Below are positions 22,849 through 33,885 of a DNA stretch of 64,000 nucleotides, one piece after another (positions within the stretch are counted from its first letter, which is position 1; every line of letters starts with the position of its first letter). The position numbers were made by a program, and so were the translations under genes. The stretch is from NCBI GenBank assembly GCA_965240325.2, contig OZ251244.1:372001-436000 (forward strand). Reading direction: 5' to 3'. The notes under the pieces are model-generated. The model was not told the origin of the DNA. It was given only the letters and a program-made list of their open reading frames with translations, and did not search any database. This DNA comes from Rebecca billardiae RCC1528 (lineage: Eukaryota > Protista > Haptophyta).

Positions 22849-22927
22849 GGGGGCTGGCCAGGGTAGGGCTGGAGGCTTCGGCCGCCAGTCTGATCACCCG
22901 GAGCCCGTTATAAAGGGGAATTTAAAA
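22849..22927 (-). repeat. 79-bp inverted repeat, right copy
   Basis: Reverse complement of 16802-16880. Confidence 0.9.
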
Positions 22928-22943
22928 GCTGGCGCATCAGTGA

Positions 22944-23080
22944 TCTCGCCTGCCCGGGCTGTGTGCGACTACGTGCGTCTCTTATTCTTTTACCGTATAG
23001 TAAACTGTAGTACGTCAATAGACGACTAAGCCATACAGTTTACTAAGAATAAGAGACGCACACAGCTCAGGCAGGCGACG
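22944..23080. repeat. Small hairpin/MITE remnant; a related single arm lies at about 3683-3721
   Basis: tcgcctgcc..gctgtgtgcg..gtctcttattctt..tagtaaactgta pairs with tacagtttactaagaataagagacgcacacagctcaggcaggcga. Confidence 0.6.
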
Positions 23081-23714
23081 AGATTGTATTACTGCTGCGC
23101 TACCCTTTTTTAATTACGCTGCCAAAAAGAAAACTGCGTGCCCTGGCGCCTGGCGGGCGGGTCAGCGGGCCGTGCCCGAGTGCTTGTCGCAATATATGTT
23201 TCCTCTGCGCGGGTTCGCGTCTCCACAGCATTCCGGCTCGCGTGGCCGTGGGTCGGACGGACAGTCGGACCTGACAGTGACTGACCTGTTAGCGGATTCC
23301 TGTGTGAACTTCTCCGACGTAGTGACGCGGTGCGGTACGCGTCCGTGCGCATCAGCAGAGGCCCATTACACCCACTCTCAGGAGGGAACGTAGTGCGCAG
23401 CACGCGCGGGGCGCGGGCCGCGGGGCGGGTAGCCGCGTTGCGTGTGAGCCGCCGTCAGCCACTACTCAGCCGGCGCGGAGTCGGACCGTATCGGGCGTAT
23501 ATATATATATATACGCGCCGTGTGCATGAATGCCGGTATATGCCGGCATCTCACGACAGCGATGGCGTATATATAATCGAGCGCCTCGCCGCCGACGTGA
23601 AGCCGCCACGGAGTAGATCCGGGCGTGTGCACTCGAATTCCATTTCCTACACGGACCTCCTGCCGCTCGTCTCACGGTCAGCATCATCAGCGCAGATGCG
23701 TGACTCCGATATAA

Positions 23715-25358
23715 CTATGATGCTGACGACGCCGACGAAGCGTAGTCGTCGTAGCAGCAGTCATCGCGAGTCGTTGTCCGTGAGATGGGCGGGCTGCTGA
23801 GCGAGCCGTTGCTCAACAACAAGTCGCGCAGGTGGACAGCGTGCGGCAGCACGTGCTCGACCCAAACGTCCACCAGCGCGCGCCCGCCACAGTCTGACGC
23901 ACCACCGCCGCCCGCGGCGGCGGCGGCACCACCGCCCGGCGACGCGCCGTCGCGCTCGCGCGCCGTCCGCGCGCCCCGGCGCAGCCGCCCCAGCCGCGCC
24001 GAGCGCGCGAGCTGGTAGCCGATGGTGAGCAACTGCGCGACGCGCGCGCGCGCGGCGCGAGGCCACAGGTGGTGGCGCTCGCGCGACCATGGCCTCGAGG
24101 CGGCGAGCACGACGGCCGCGGTGGCGTGCGCCTGCGTGCCGCGCGCGCTTGTGGCGTACAGCGCGCCCGCGATGCTCGCGGGCGTGGGCGCGCCCGGCGC
24201 GCCGTCGCCCGCATGCACATCCGCCCCGGTCCGCACGATTTCGTCAATCGCCTCCGCCTCGGTCAGCGCCGCGAGGTGGTGGAGGGGCGTGGTCCAGCGC
24301 GCGGTGGCGCGGAGCCACGCGCCCACCGCCTCGGCCCACGCGGGCCGCGCCTCCTCCACCACCGCCGCGAGCTCCTCGCGCCCGAGCTCGCCGAGCAGCG
24401 TGCGGTGGTTGAACCGACAGCCGCCCGGCGGGAGCGCACACGCCGCGCCGTGCGCGCCGAGCAGAGACAGCAGCGCGATGCGCTCGTCAGCGCGCGCGGC
24501 CGAGCCGGCGCCGAGGTAGGCCGCCATGGCGAGCACGCCGCCGGCGCCCGCCGCCGCGGTGAAGAGCGGCGGCGCGAGCCCGTCGTGCGAGAAGTCGACC
24601 GCCGCGCGCGCGCGCAGCAGCAGCCGCGCGCACTCGACCGCGGCGCTCGCGCACGCCATCTGAAGCGGGGTGGCGCGCATGCGCTCCATCGGGCGGTTCA
24701 CGTCCGCGCCCGCGTCGACGAGCAGCCGGACGGATGCGGCGTCGCCGCGGCGGCACGCGCTGAGCAGATACTTCTCGAGCTCGCCGTCGCCCCACTCCTC
24801 GGCGGAGGGCGGCTGCGCACCGGCTCTGAGCAGCAGCGCCGCGCACTGGCCGTGGGACCGATCGAGCGCGGCGCGGAGCGGCGTGATCACGTCCGCGGCC
24901 ACCGGGTCGTACGCGCCGACGTCGACGTACGCGCCGGCGCGGATGAGGAGCTCGACGCTGTTCGCGCTGCCTCGGCGGCACGCGATGTGCAGCGGCGTGA
25001 GGCTGCCCGCGCCCGCGGCGTTCACGTCCGCTCTCGCGTTGATGAGCAATCGCGACGCTCGCACGTGCCCGTTCGCGCACGTGTGCGCGAGCGGGCGATG
25101 GCCGCACTTGGTGTGGACGGCGTTGACGCCCGCGCCCGCGTCAATGAGCAGCATCATGCACGCCTCGCGGCCCTTCACCAGCGCGCAGAAGAGTGCGTCC
25201 GACACCTCAGCCGCCGTGTGCGCGCGCGACGCGAGGAGCGCAGCGACCGCGTGGGCATCGCCCGCCTCGCAGGCGGCGGCGAGCTTCTTCGGCGCGGCTC
25301 GCGGCGCGGCTGGCGTGGTCGCGCTGCGGCTCGGCCAGCACCGCGCGCCGGAAAGCAT
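23715..25358 (-). CDS. Ankyrin-repeat protein
   Basis: Repeats TPLHIAC, TPLRAAL, TPLQMAC and LLxxGAxVN. C-terminal WTTPLHHL...GADVHA...PWSxERHHLWP module. Confidence 0.85.
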   Translation of the reverse strand: MLSGARCWPSRSATTPAAPRAAPKKLAAACEAGDAHAVAALLASRAHTAAEVSDALFCALVKGREACMMLLIDAGAGVNAVHTKCGHRPLAHTCANGHVRASRLLINARADVNAAGAGSLTPLHIACRRGSANSVELLIRAGAYVDVGAYDPVAADVITPLRAALDRSHGQCAALLLRAGAQPPSAEEWGDGELEKYLLSACRRGDAASVRLLVDAGADVNRPMERMRATPLQMACASAAVECARLLLRARAAVDFSHDGLAPPLFTAAAGAGGVLAMAAYLGAGSAARADERIALLSLLGAHGAACALPPGGCRFNHRTLLGELGREELAAVVEEARPAWAEAVGAWLRATARWTTPLHHLAALTEAEAIDEIVRTGADVHAGDGAPGAPTPASIAGALYATSARGTQAHATAAVVLAASRPWSRERHHLWPRAARARVAQLLTIGYQLARSARLGRLRRGARTARERDGASPGGGAAAAAGGGGASDCGGRALVDVWVEHVLPHAVHLRDLLLSNGSLSSPPISRTTTRDDCCYDDYASSASSAS

Positions 25359-25650
25359 GGCACGGTTGATGAGGACGCCCCACGCGCGGCTATCACTCGG
25401 CGGTCGCCGCCCACAACGTCTTGCCGGCCGCCGGATGCTGCGGGAACGCGATTAATATTCGCGGCCGCGCGGTCGCCGCATTTTCTGAACTTGATGATCA
25501 GGCTTCCTACTAGCACTACTGTGGCTCTTACATGACCGCTCGTCAAGCCGAACCCAACTCGATCGAACCCTGCAGGGAGAATTATAATGATGTCATTCGA
25601 CCGACGACGACGGCGTCGGCGAGCCGCGAGATTCACGTCGGCGGGGCTCA

Positions 25651-28600
25651 TCACTTGCTGGCCGGCGCAGCCGCCGCAGCTGCGGGCGAGGCGCGCGGCG
25701 GCGGGGCGAACTCTCGGACCGCGGTCGTCTCACCGTACGTCATCTCGAGCACGAGCCTGAGGTCGTCGCCCGACCCGCGCACGTATCGTCGCCTGCGCAG
25801 GCAGTGGCCGCGGCAGTGCAGCGGCGCGGGCAGCGCGTCAGGTTGCGCGCACGCATGCGCACTCTTCGCGACGCACGGGAGCGCGTGGGCAGCCAGGAGG
25901 CGCGCGCAAGCGCACATGATGAGCGGCTCGAGCGCCTTCTTTGCCGCCTCGTCGGCGGGCGAGACGCTCGTGATGAGCGCGCCTCCCTCATAGTAGGTGC
26001 GCTTGCGCACGCGCACGCCCTCGAGCAGCTCCTCCGCGTCGCCTGCGTGCGCCAATGCGTCGCGCGGCACACACCGCAGCGTGGGCGCCGCGTGAGCCGG
26101 CGCGCCCGGCGTGGTGCGCATGGCGCGGCGCGGCCGCACGGCGGTGCGCGGCGCGCGTCGAGCTGGCTCGCGGCGCGCACCCTCGACGACCAGCTCGACC
26201 TGAGGCGTGAGCGGGTTGGCTGAGCCGCGCGTCTCGACGCGCCAGCCGGTCTCGCCGTACGGCCGCCACGTCTGCTCGGGCTTGGTCTGCAGCGCCGCGC
26301 GCCGCTTGGCCCAGCTCACACCCATCGCCGCGAGGTACTCGTCAAAGTTGGACGAGCCGACTAGCACCCACACGCCCGCAAAGTCTGCGCGCGCGTCCGC
26401 GCCGCCGAGTGCGCGCTCGCGCTCCGCGCGGCTTCGCGTGTACACCCGCCCGGTCTTCGGAGTGGGCGAGCCCTGGGGGTCCGGCGTCTTGGGCTCCGCC
26501 AGGTCCGTGACGGGCAGCGACGCCGCCGCGCCCGCGCTGCCGCCACCAAACGCCTTGTCGAGCTCGATCTCCCTCTCCGACTTGCGGCGCACGTACTCGC
26601 GCCCAGTCTTTGGCGTGCGCCCGCCCTTGGGGTCCGGGACCTTGGGCACCTCCAGGTCCGAGACGGGCAGCGACGCCGCCTCTTTGCGCTCGCGCTCCGC
26701 GCGGCTTCGCGTATACTCGCGCCCAGTCTTTGGCGTGCGCCCGCCCTTGGGGTCCGGGGACTTGGGCACCGCCAGGTCCGTGACGGGCAGCGACGCCGCC
26801 GCGCCCGCGCCGCCACCGCCAAACGCCGCGTCGTGCTCGGTCTCCCTCTCCGACTTGCGGCGCACGTACTCGCGCCCGGTCTTTGGGGTGCGCCCGCCCT
26901 TGGGGTCCGGGACCTTGGGCACCTCCAGGTCCGAGACGGGCAGCGACGCCGCCTCTTTGCGCTCGCGCTCCGCGCGGCTTCGCGTGTACTCGCGCCCAGT
27001 CTTTGGCGTGCGCCCGCCCTTGGGGTCCGGGACCTTGGGCACCTCGAGGTCCGAGACGGGCAGCGACGCCGCCGCCGCGTGCGCACCGCCCGGCCCGGGC
27101 GACGGGGGCACACTCTCCGAGCCGTCGGCGATCGAGGGCAGCGACTCGCGAGACACCGTCCCGGTGTGCGTCCGAGACTTGAGCGGCGGGCTGTGCGCGC
27201 CCGGCGCGACCGAGCCGACGCCGGCGTCGTCTGTGATGGCGAGCGGCGCGGCCGCAGCGGCGGCGCCCGCGCCCGCGCCGTGCGTCGGGGCGGGCCCAGC
27301 GTACCGGTGGAAGATGCGCGTGCAGCTGTGCACGCGAGAATCGATCTCGGCGTCTATCTGCACCACGAGCTCGCTCGCGCCGTCTGCGCCGCGCTGCACC
27401 GTGCGGCTCAGCGTGAGGTCGGACGCAAGAAGCCCGTGCGCCGACGCGTCGGGCACGTGCGCGCGCGTGACGAGCGCGCCCTTCTCCCAGCCGCTGCGCT
27501 TCGTCAGGTGCACGCCGTCCACCTCGTCGCTCAGCGTCCGGTCTGGCCGCGGCGGCGGCGGCGGCGGCGGCCGCACGCGTGGCGGGCGCGGGCTCGTGAG
27601 CGCGGCGCGGGCGGCGGCGCAGTGCTCTGCCGGCCTGCGGCGCGCGCCGCGTATCGTCCGCGCTCGCGGGCCTCGCCTGGCGCGCGCGCCGCGCACGCAC
27701 CGACGGCAAGGTGCTCCGTCTTGGGCCCGTGCGGCGTGTCGACTGTGAACGTCCACTCGCCCGACGGCAGCCGCTCCCAAGCCTGCACCGAGCGGTGCGA
27801 GGCGGCGAGCTTGCGCTTGAGCGGGCCGACGCCGAGCGCGCGGAGAAACTCGTCCTGCCCGCGCGAGCTGCTCAGCTGCCAGCTGCCCCGGAAGTCGCCC
27901 GCGCCGCCGCCGTCCGAGCCGTCCGCGCCCGTCGGCCCGGCAGTGGACTTGCGCGACGAGAGCTGCAGCGTCGGCAGCGAGGCGACGCCTCTGAACGCGT
28001 CGCTCGCCTTGTGTCGCTCCACCTCCGAGGGCGTCATGATGTGCACGAGCACCTGCGCCGATGCGCGGGAGGCGCACGGCGCGCGCGCAGAGGGCGCGGT
28101 CGCAGAGGCGGCCCGGTGAGCGCGGCAGCCGCAGGGCGCTGTGTGCGCGCGGCGCTCGCGCGAGCCGAGCGCACACCTCGCGCCTCAGCAGCAACTCGCC
28201 GCCGTGCCCGACGACCGCGAATTGATTGGAGAGCTCGCGGCGCCGCTGCCCGAGCGCCTCCGCCCGCTGCTGTCCGAACGAGCCCGCCCCGCCCGCGCCC
28301 GCGCCGCCGCGCGCCGACTCCTCCTCCGCCAGCCCGCCCTCCAGCGCCAGCATGCGCTCGACCAAGTCCTGCCGGACGCGCTCGGCGCGCCGCAGGCTGA
28401 GCTCTTCGTTGAACGCGCGCGGCTCGCGGTTCGCCGTGTGCCCCTCGAGCGAGATGAAGAGCGGCTCGGCGCGGCGGCTCGCGAGCACGCGGTTGCACGC
28501 GCTCAGCGTCGCCGCGAGCTGCTCGAGCACCGGCGCCTCCGCCACCGCGTCGACGTACTCCGCCTCGTCGCCTGCGGGTCAGGGTCAGGGTAGGGTTGGG

Positions 28601-31600
28601 GGTGAACAGGGGTGGGGAGGCGCGGCAGGGTGTGGGCTCGGTGCGCGCGCGCGCTCGCCGAGGCGCGCGTGGGGCGCCCTTGCCACAGCACAGCCGCGCT
28701 GCGCGCGCACACAGCCGCGCGCGCGCGCGCGTGCGCGCGCCTTTGAACTCGAACTGGCGCTTGAGCCCGACAGAGAGCGCGCCCAGCTGCAGCTGCACGA
28801 GCGGCGTGCTGCCGCCCAGCTCCTCCTCTGCACACCGGCGTGGGCGCGCGCGCGGGGGCGCGCGGGGTGCTCAGTGCGGCGCGGCGGCACGCGCTCCGCT
28901 CCGGCGCGCGGCTGGCCGCGCGCGCCACGGCTGGCGGCCCAGCACCGCTGCACGCGGCTGGCTTCAAAGCCCGCGCGTGCGCGCTGCGCCGCACCGCGCC
29001 GCGCGCGCCGCGCCCAGCCCGCGCCCAGCCCGCACCCAGCCCGCGCGGCGCGCGCCCATCGCCGTACCGATCTCTCGCTGCACCGTCGCCAAGTGCTGCG
29101 CGTGCATAGAGCGCTCAGCCTCGAGCGCGCGCGCTCGCTCCTCCTCCGCCCTCTCCGCGGCCGCGCGCGCGGCGGTGGGCGAGAGCACGCGCAGCTCGAG
29201 CGTGCCCGCCGGGCGGCCCGGCGCGCCGCGCAGCGCGCTCGCCAGCAGCCGCCGATCCGCCTCCGCGCGCCGCGTCAGCACCCCCGAGGGCGTGCGCAGC
29301 AGCAGCTCTGCAAGCTCGGCGCGCGCGCGCGCGGCGCGCGCGGCGGCGCGCGCGAGCGCCTGGGGCTCGGAGGCGTCGGCCGGGTCGGCGTGCACCTCGA
29401 CCGCGACGGTGGCCGGCTCGAGCCCGCGCTCGGCGCACGCGGCGTGCACGCAGCCGATCGCCGCCGCCGCCGCCTCGAGCGTCGCGCGCGCGGCCTCGGG
29501 CTCGGCAAAGCGCGTGCCATGCGATTCGAACACTACAGGCCGGAGCAGGCTCAGTCGGAGGCCTGATAGGTCAATCTCGACGACGTCGGCGGGGTGCTCG
29601 GCGGAGCCGGCGAGGCGCGCGTGCGCACGCAGCCGGCGGCGAGACGCCTGCTGCACGTCCCGCAGCGAGGTCGCGTAGCTCTGCTGCTCGGCGGCGAGCG
29701 CGGCCGTGTCGGCGGTCAGCCGCGCGCGCTCGGCCGCGGCCGCGCGCGCGCTCGCGGACGAGGCCGCTTGGTGCGCGCGCGCCTCGGCGGGCGTCATGAT
29801 GCGCACGTCGACGCGGCGCTCGAGGCGCACCGAGCCGCCCAGCCCCTTCACGCTCAGCCGCGCCTCCACGTCGCGCCGCGTCAGCCGGTTCGTCCCGTCG
29901 CGCAGCAGCGCGTCCTCCAGGTCCGCGGCGACGCGCGCCGCGCGCTGCTTGGAGAGCGCTTCGTTGTACTCGGCTGGCTCGCGGTTGGCGGTGTGCCCCT
30001 CGAGGGAGAGGTAGAGCGGCGAGAGGTCGTGCTCGGCGAGCAGCCCGTTGCAGCACGCCACCGCGCGCGCCAGCTGCGTCACCGTCTCGAGCCCCGCCTC
30101 GAGCGCGAGGTACTCCGCCGCGTCGCCCTCGAACTCAAAATGGCGCGTGAGAGACAAGCGCAGCGCGCCGAGCTCGGGTGCAATCAGCGGCGTCGACGCG
30201 CCGAGCCGGCGCTCGAGCTCGGGCTGCAGCGCGTCGAGGCGCCGCGCGTACGCGGCGGCCTCCTCCGCGTCCGCCCTCGGCGTCCGCGCCGCCGCGCCCT
30301 CGCCCTCGGCGTCGTGCTCGGCCGCGGCGGCCGAGCCCACGTCCTCCTCGTCCGCGCCGGCAGCGTCAATGACTTCCCCGCGCGAGACGGCGGCGCGGTG
30401 CGCGGCGGTCTCGCGCGGCGTCATGAGCACGACGCGCACCTCCTCGGACACGTCGTTCGCCGGCCCCGCCATCAACGCCACGCTCGTCCGCGGCGACGCG
30501 CGCGTCGCCATCGCGCGCATCGTCGCACCGTCCGGCGGCTGCGTTGCCCTGGAGGCGCCCACCAGAGACTCGGCCTCAGCGGGCGGCAGCGAGCGCGCCG
30601 GCGAGGCGAGGACGAGGTGGCGGACGAGCAGCGCGCGCAGCGCGGAGGCGCGGCGCCGCGCGAGCACGAGCGCGTGCCCGCCCGCCGTCTCCACCTCCTC
30701 GCCCTCCTCCGCCGCCGGCGCCACCTCCAGCCGCACCGACACAGTCCCGATCTCGGGGTGCATCTCGGCGAGGGAGATATTGAGGAGCAGGAGTGCGCGC
30801 GCCACGCTGTGCATGGTGCGCTCGGCGGCGGGCGGGTTGAGCAGCTCGGCGCGGCCGCGCACGAAGGCGGGCACGGCGGCGCGGCGCAGCCCGAGCTGCA
30901 GCGCGCCGAGCTGCGAGAGCGACACCGCGCTCTGTATCCCCTCCGCGTCGGTCTGACGGCCGACCGCGAAGCGCAGCAGCGACTGCTTCGTGCCCAGCTC
31001 GCGCCCAAAGCGCGCGCGCTCCTCGGCGGCGCGGCGCGCCTCGTCGAGCTCGAGCGTGCGGCGCACCTCCTCGTCACGCAGCCCGTGCTCGCGGTCGAAC
31101 GCCAGCCGGTCCTCCAGCGACGCGCGCAGCGCCGAGGCGAAGCTGGAGACGTCGAGCAGCGGCTCAGGCTTGGCGTCCGCGGCCGCGCCCGCCGCCGTCG
31201 GCCCCGGCTGCACGACGGCGGCGGTGCGCCCGAGCGCGGCGAAGAGCGCGTCGGTGCGCGAGGCGAGCGACTCGCCGCCCACGCGCGCGAGCGCGCGGCG
31301 CACGTCCGTCGCCGGCAGCCGCCCGTCCCGGTCCTCGTCGTACATGGAAAAGGCGTGCTGCACCGACGTCTCGAGCGACATGCCGGTCGCGCACATGCGG
31401 AGGTAGATCTGGAGGAAGTCGGCGCGGGAGAGCTTGATCGAGCGGAGCACGCGCGGGTCCACCAGGTCGACGAGCTCCTCCTCGCTCACGGTGAAGCCGC
31501 ACACCGAGAGCGCGCTCGGCAGCTCGGCCGTGTGCAGCACGCCCTGCTTCTCGATCACCTGCCACGCAGCCTCGAACTCGGCCTCGAGCTCGGGCGGCAT

Positions 31601-31690
31601 CGTGCCGTCGGGGAGGAGCTCGTCGTACGGCGCGATCGGCCCGCGCGCGAGCGGGCGCTGCGACCGCGACGAGCCGGTGCCGCGGCGCAT
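25651..31690 (-). CDS. About 1695-aa multidomain protein: calmodulin-like EF-hand region, 4 OmpA-C-like repeats, FABP-like domain, Pro/Lys repeat linker, second FABP-like domain. Exons 31690-29068, 28827-28741, 28571-28177, 28052-27701, 27542-26181, 26042-25916, 25792-25651
   Basis: The exons sum to 5088 nt with consistent phases. Motifs: FSMYDEDRDGRL; SLEGHTAN....(Y/F)NE.LS..RA.RV twice; FRGSWQL..SRGQDEFLRALGV...CTRIF; FAGVWVL..SSNFDEYLAAMGV. Confidence 0.75.
26413..27072 (-). repeat. Five coding tandem repeats (120/153 bp alternating), consensus SLPVSDLEVPKVPDPKGGRTPKTGREY
   Basis: Directly visible A-B-A-B-A arrangement within exon 5. Confidence 0.9.
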
Positions 31691-32135
31691 GGCTCCGCGC
31701 GCTGCGCCGCGCAGTGGGGTGCCGCCGCCACAGGCCACAGCCGCCTGATTGTCTCAGCGAGCAGCCAGCCCTGCTGCAGGAGTGCTCGGCTGCTTGTCAG
31801 GAGCTTTTTGCGGGGGTATTTCGAGCGAGGATTTCTCGCGAGACGTGAAAACTGGTCGCTCGCGGCTCGGGACGCACGCACGGCAGCGGCGGGCGGCCCC
31901 CCCGGCCGCGCACCCTTGGCATCTTTCTCCCAACCTCATGAACTGTCAAGTGCCGTTTTCTCCGATGATCGCGAGAATCCAAGAATTCCAGCCCTCTTGC
32001 GCATGCTGGATCTCCAGAAAATGATGATCATGACCGACGAAACAAACCAGAAGGAGCTGTCTTGAAAAGCAGGCCAAGGCCGTCATCGTGGCAGCAAGTT
32101 GAAGTGGCAGGCAGGCAGGAGCGCCACCAGCGCAA

Positions 32136-33885
32136 ATGATGCGGGGGGGCTCGCCCGGCGAGCCCACGGACGGCCCGTCGCCACCGCCCGGGCCGTTGCG
32201 GCGGGACAGCGAGCCGCCGCGCCGCCCGCCACTCCCGCCGGCGATCCGTCCGCCCGCCAGAGGCCCGGAGGCCAACGGCAGCCACGCGGTGCCTTTGGGC
32301 GTGCGCGCGCTCTCGCATCCGGAGTCGCCTGTCATCTCGCCCGAGGTGCTGCGGGCAGCGCAGCAGCCGCTCAACGGGCCGCACCTGACGATCACGGCGC
32401 CACTCTCGCAGCTGCAGCTCAACCGCTCGGGCTCCGCCTCGCCCTCCGCGACGCTCCGCCCACCCGGCTTCGACGAATCCCCGCGCACGAGCGTCGCGTC
32501 GGGCTCGCAAGGCGGCTCGTACTATGGCGCCGACTCTCCGACGTACCGGCCGATCCAGCCGTACGACTGGGCGTCGCCAGCCGGCTCGGCCCGATCGTAC
32601 CCGCCCTCCGGCCCGCCCTCGGGCCCGCCCTCCGGCCCGCCCTCGGGCCCGCCCTCGCGCATCCCCACGCAGCGCTCCATCGAGGAGTTCACGTCAGAGC
32701 CGGGGCAGCAGTTCGCGCCGCGCTCGCCGGCGCACAGGCGACCGCCGTACGACGACGGCGGCGAGGTCGTCATAGATATCAGCCCGACGTACAACCCGTA
32801 CATCAACCACTTCGCCAGGTGCGCGCGCTGCGGCGCGTTTGTGCGCGCCCGCACCCGCCTCCTCACGCGCTCTCGGCCGCCCGCCCGCCCGCGCTGTCGC
32901 CCGCGCGCCGCCGCGCAGCCCCGCGCCAAACGACGGTCGCGTGGTGCGCTGCACCGTGGTGCGCACGCGTGGCAAGAAGAAGCAGGTCACGTACCGCCTC
33001 CTCACCGAGAGCGGCGACGAGCTGCTCACCGCCGTGCGCAAGTACGACGACTTCGCCATCGGCATGACGTCGTCAGAGAGCCTCATCGGCAGCGTCGACC
33101 GGAGCGCGGGTACGCCGGGCGGCGGCGGCAGCAGCGGCGGACATCCGGACTACAAGAAGTGGCAGAAGCAGTGCTTCTCGCTGCTGCGCTGCCCCGCCGA
33201 CGACGCCGAGTCGCGCGTCTACCTCGCGTACAACGCCGCGCACAACGGCAAGGAGCTCGCGCCGACAGGCGAGCCTCTGATGGCCCTCACGCACGGCACG
33301 CTGGTCGCGTCGATGCATCTGCCCCAGGTGAACACGATGCGCGTCGCTTTCCCCGACCCGGATGCGGGCTCGCCGCTGTGCAGCGCGAGCTACCTCACCG
33401 CGTCGCTGCACAGCATGGAGGAGGCCGAAGCCGAGGCGGCGGGCGACGTCGGCGGCTCGGGCAGCCGCGCGAGCACGCCGCCCTCCGACAGCCGGCGCGG
33501 CAGGCGGCCGCACTCGGTCGGCAACTTGCAGCAGGCGGTGGCCGGTGGGCTGGTCCTGCTCGAGAGCAGGGTACCCGTGTGGAACCAGCGGACCGAGTCG
33601 TACGTGCTCAACTTCCACGGGCGCGCGACGCTCGCCTCGTCCAAAAACCTGCAGCTCACGCCGTGGAAGCTCACGGAGACGCCGCTGCCCTCGCCGGCGC
33701 TCAGCGCGCACGACGAGGGCGAGGGCGACGGCAGCGCGTCGCGCCGCGCGCCCGGCCGCAGCGGCAACCGGATGCCCACGCTGCTGTATGGCAAGGTGGA
33801 CAAAGACACGTACAACCTCGACTACCAGTACCCGCTCTCGCCGTACCACGCGTTCCTCATCGCCGTCTCGGTCGCGGATTGGTGA
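32136..33885 (+). CDS. Tubby-like protein. Intron 32819-32918
   Basis: PAP..G.VVRC, PVWNQRTESYVLNFHGRATLASSKNLQL and YNLDYQYPLSPYHAF match the tubby C-terminal domain. Confidence 0.9.

Noticed and set aside
29594-32065. 823-aa plus-strand ORF and similar long Arg/Ala-rich ORFs (e.g. 7440-9632, 55913-58513)
   Set aside because: They are antisense or off-frame shadows of real genes, caused by stop-codon scarcity at high GC.
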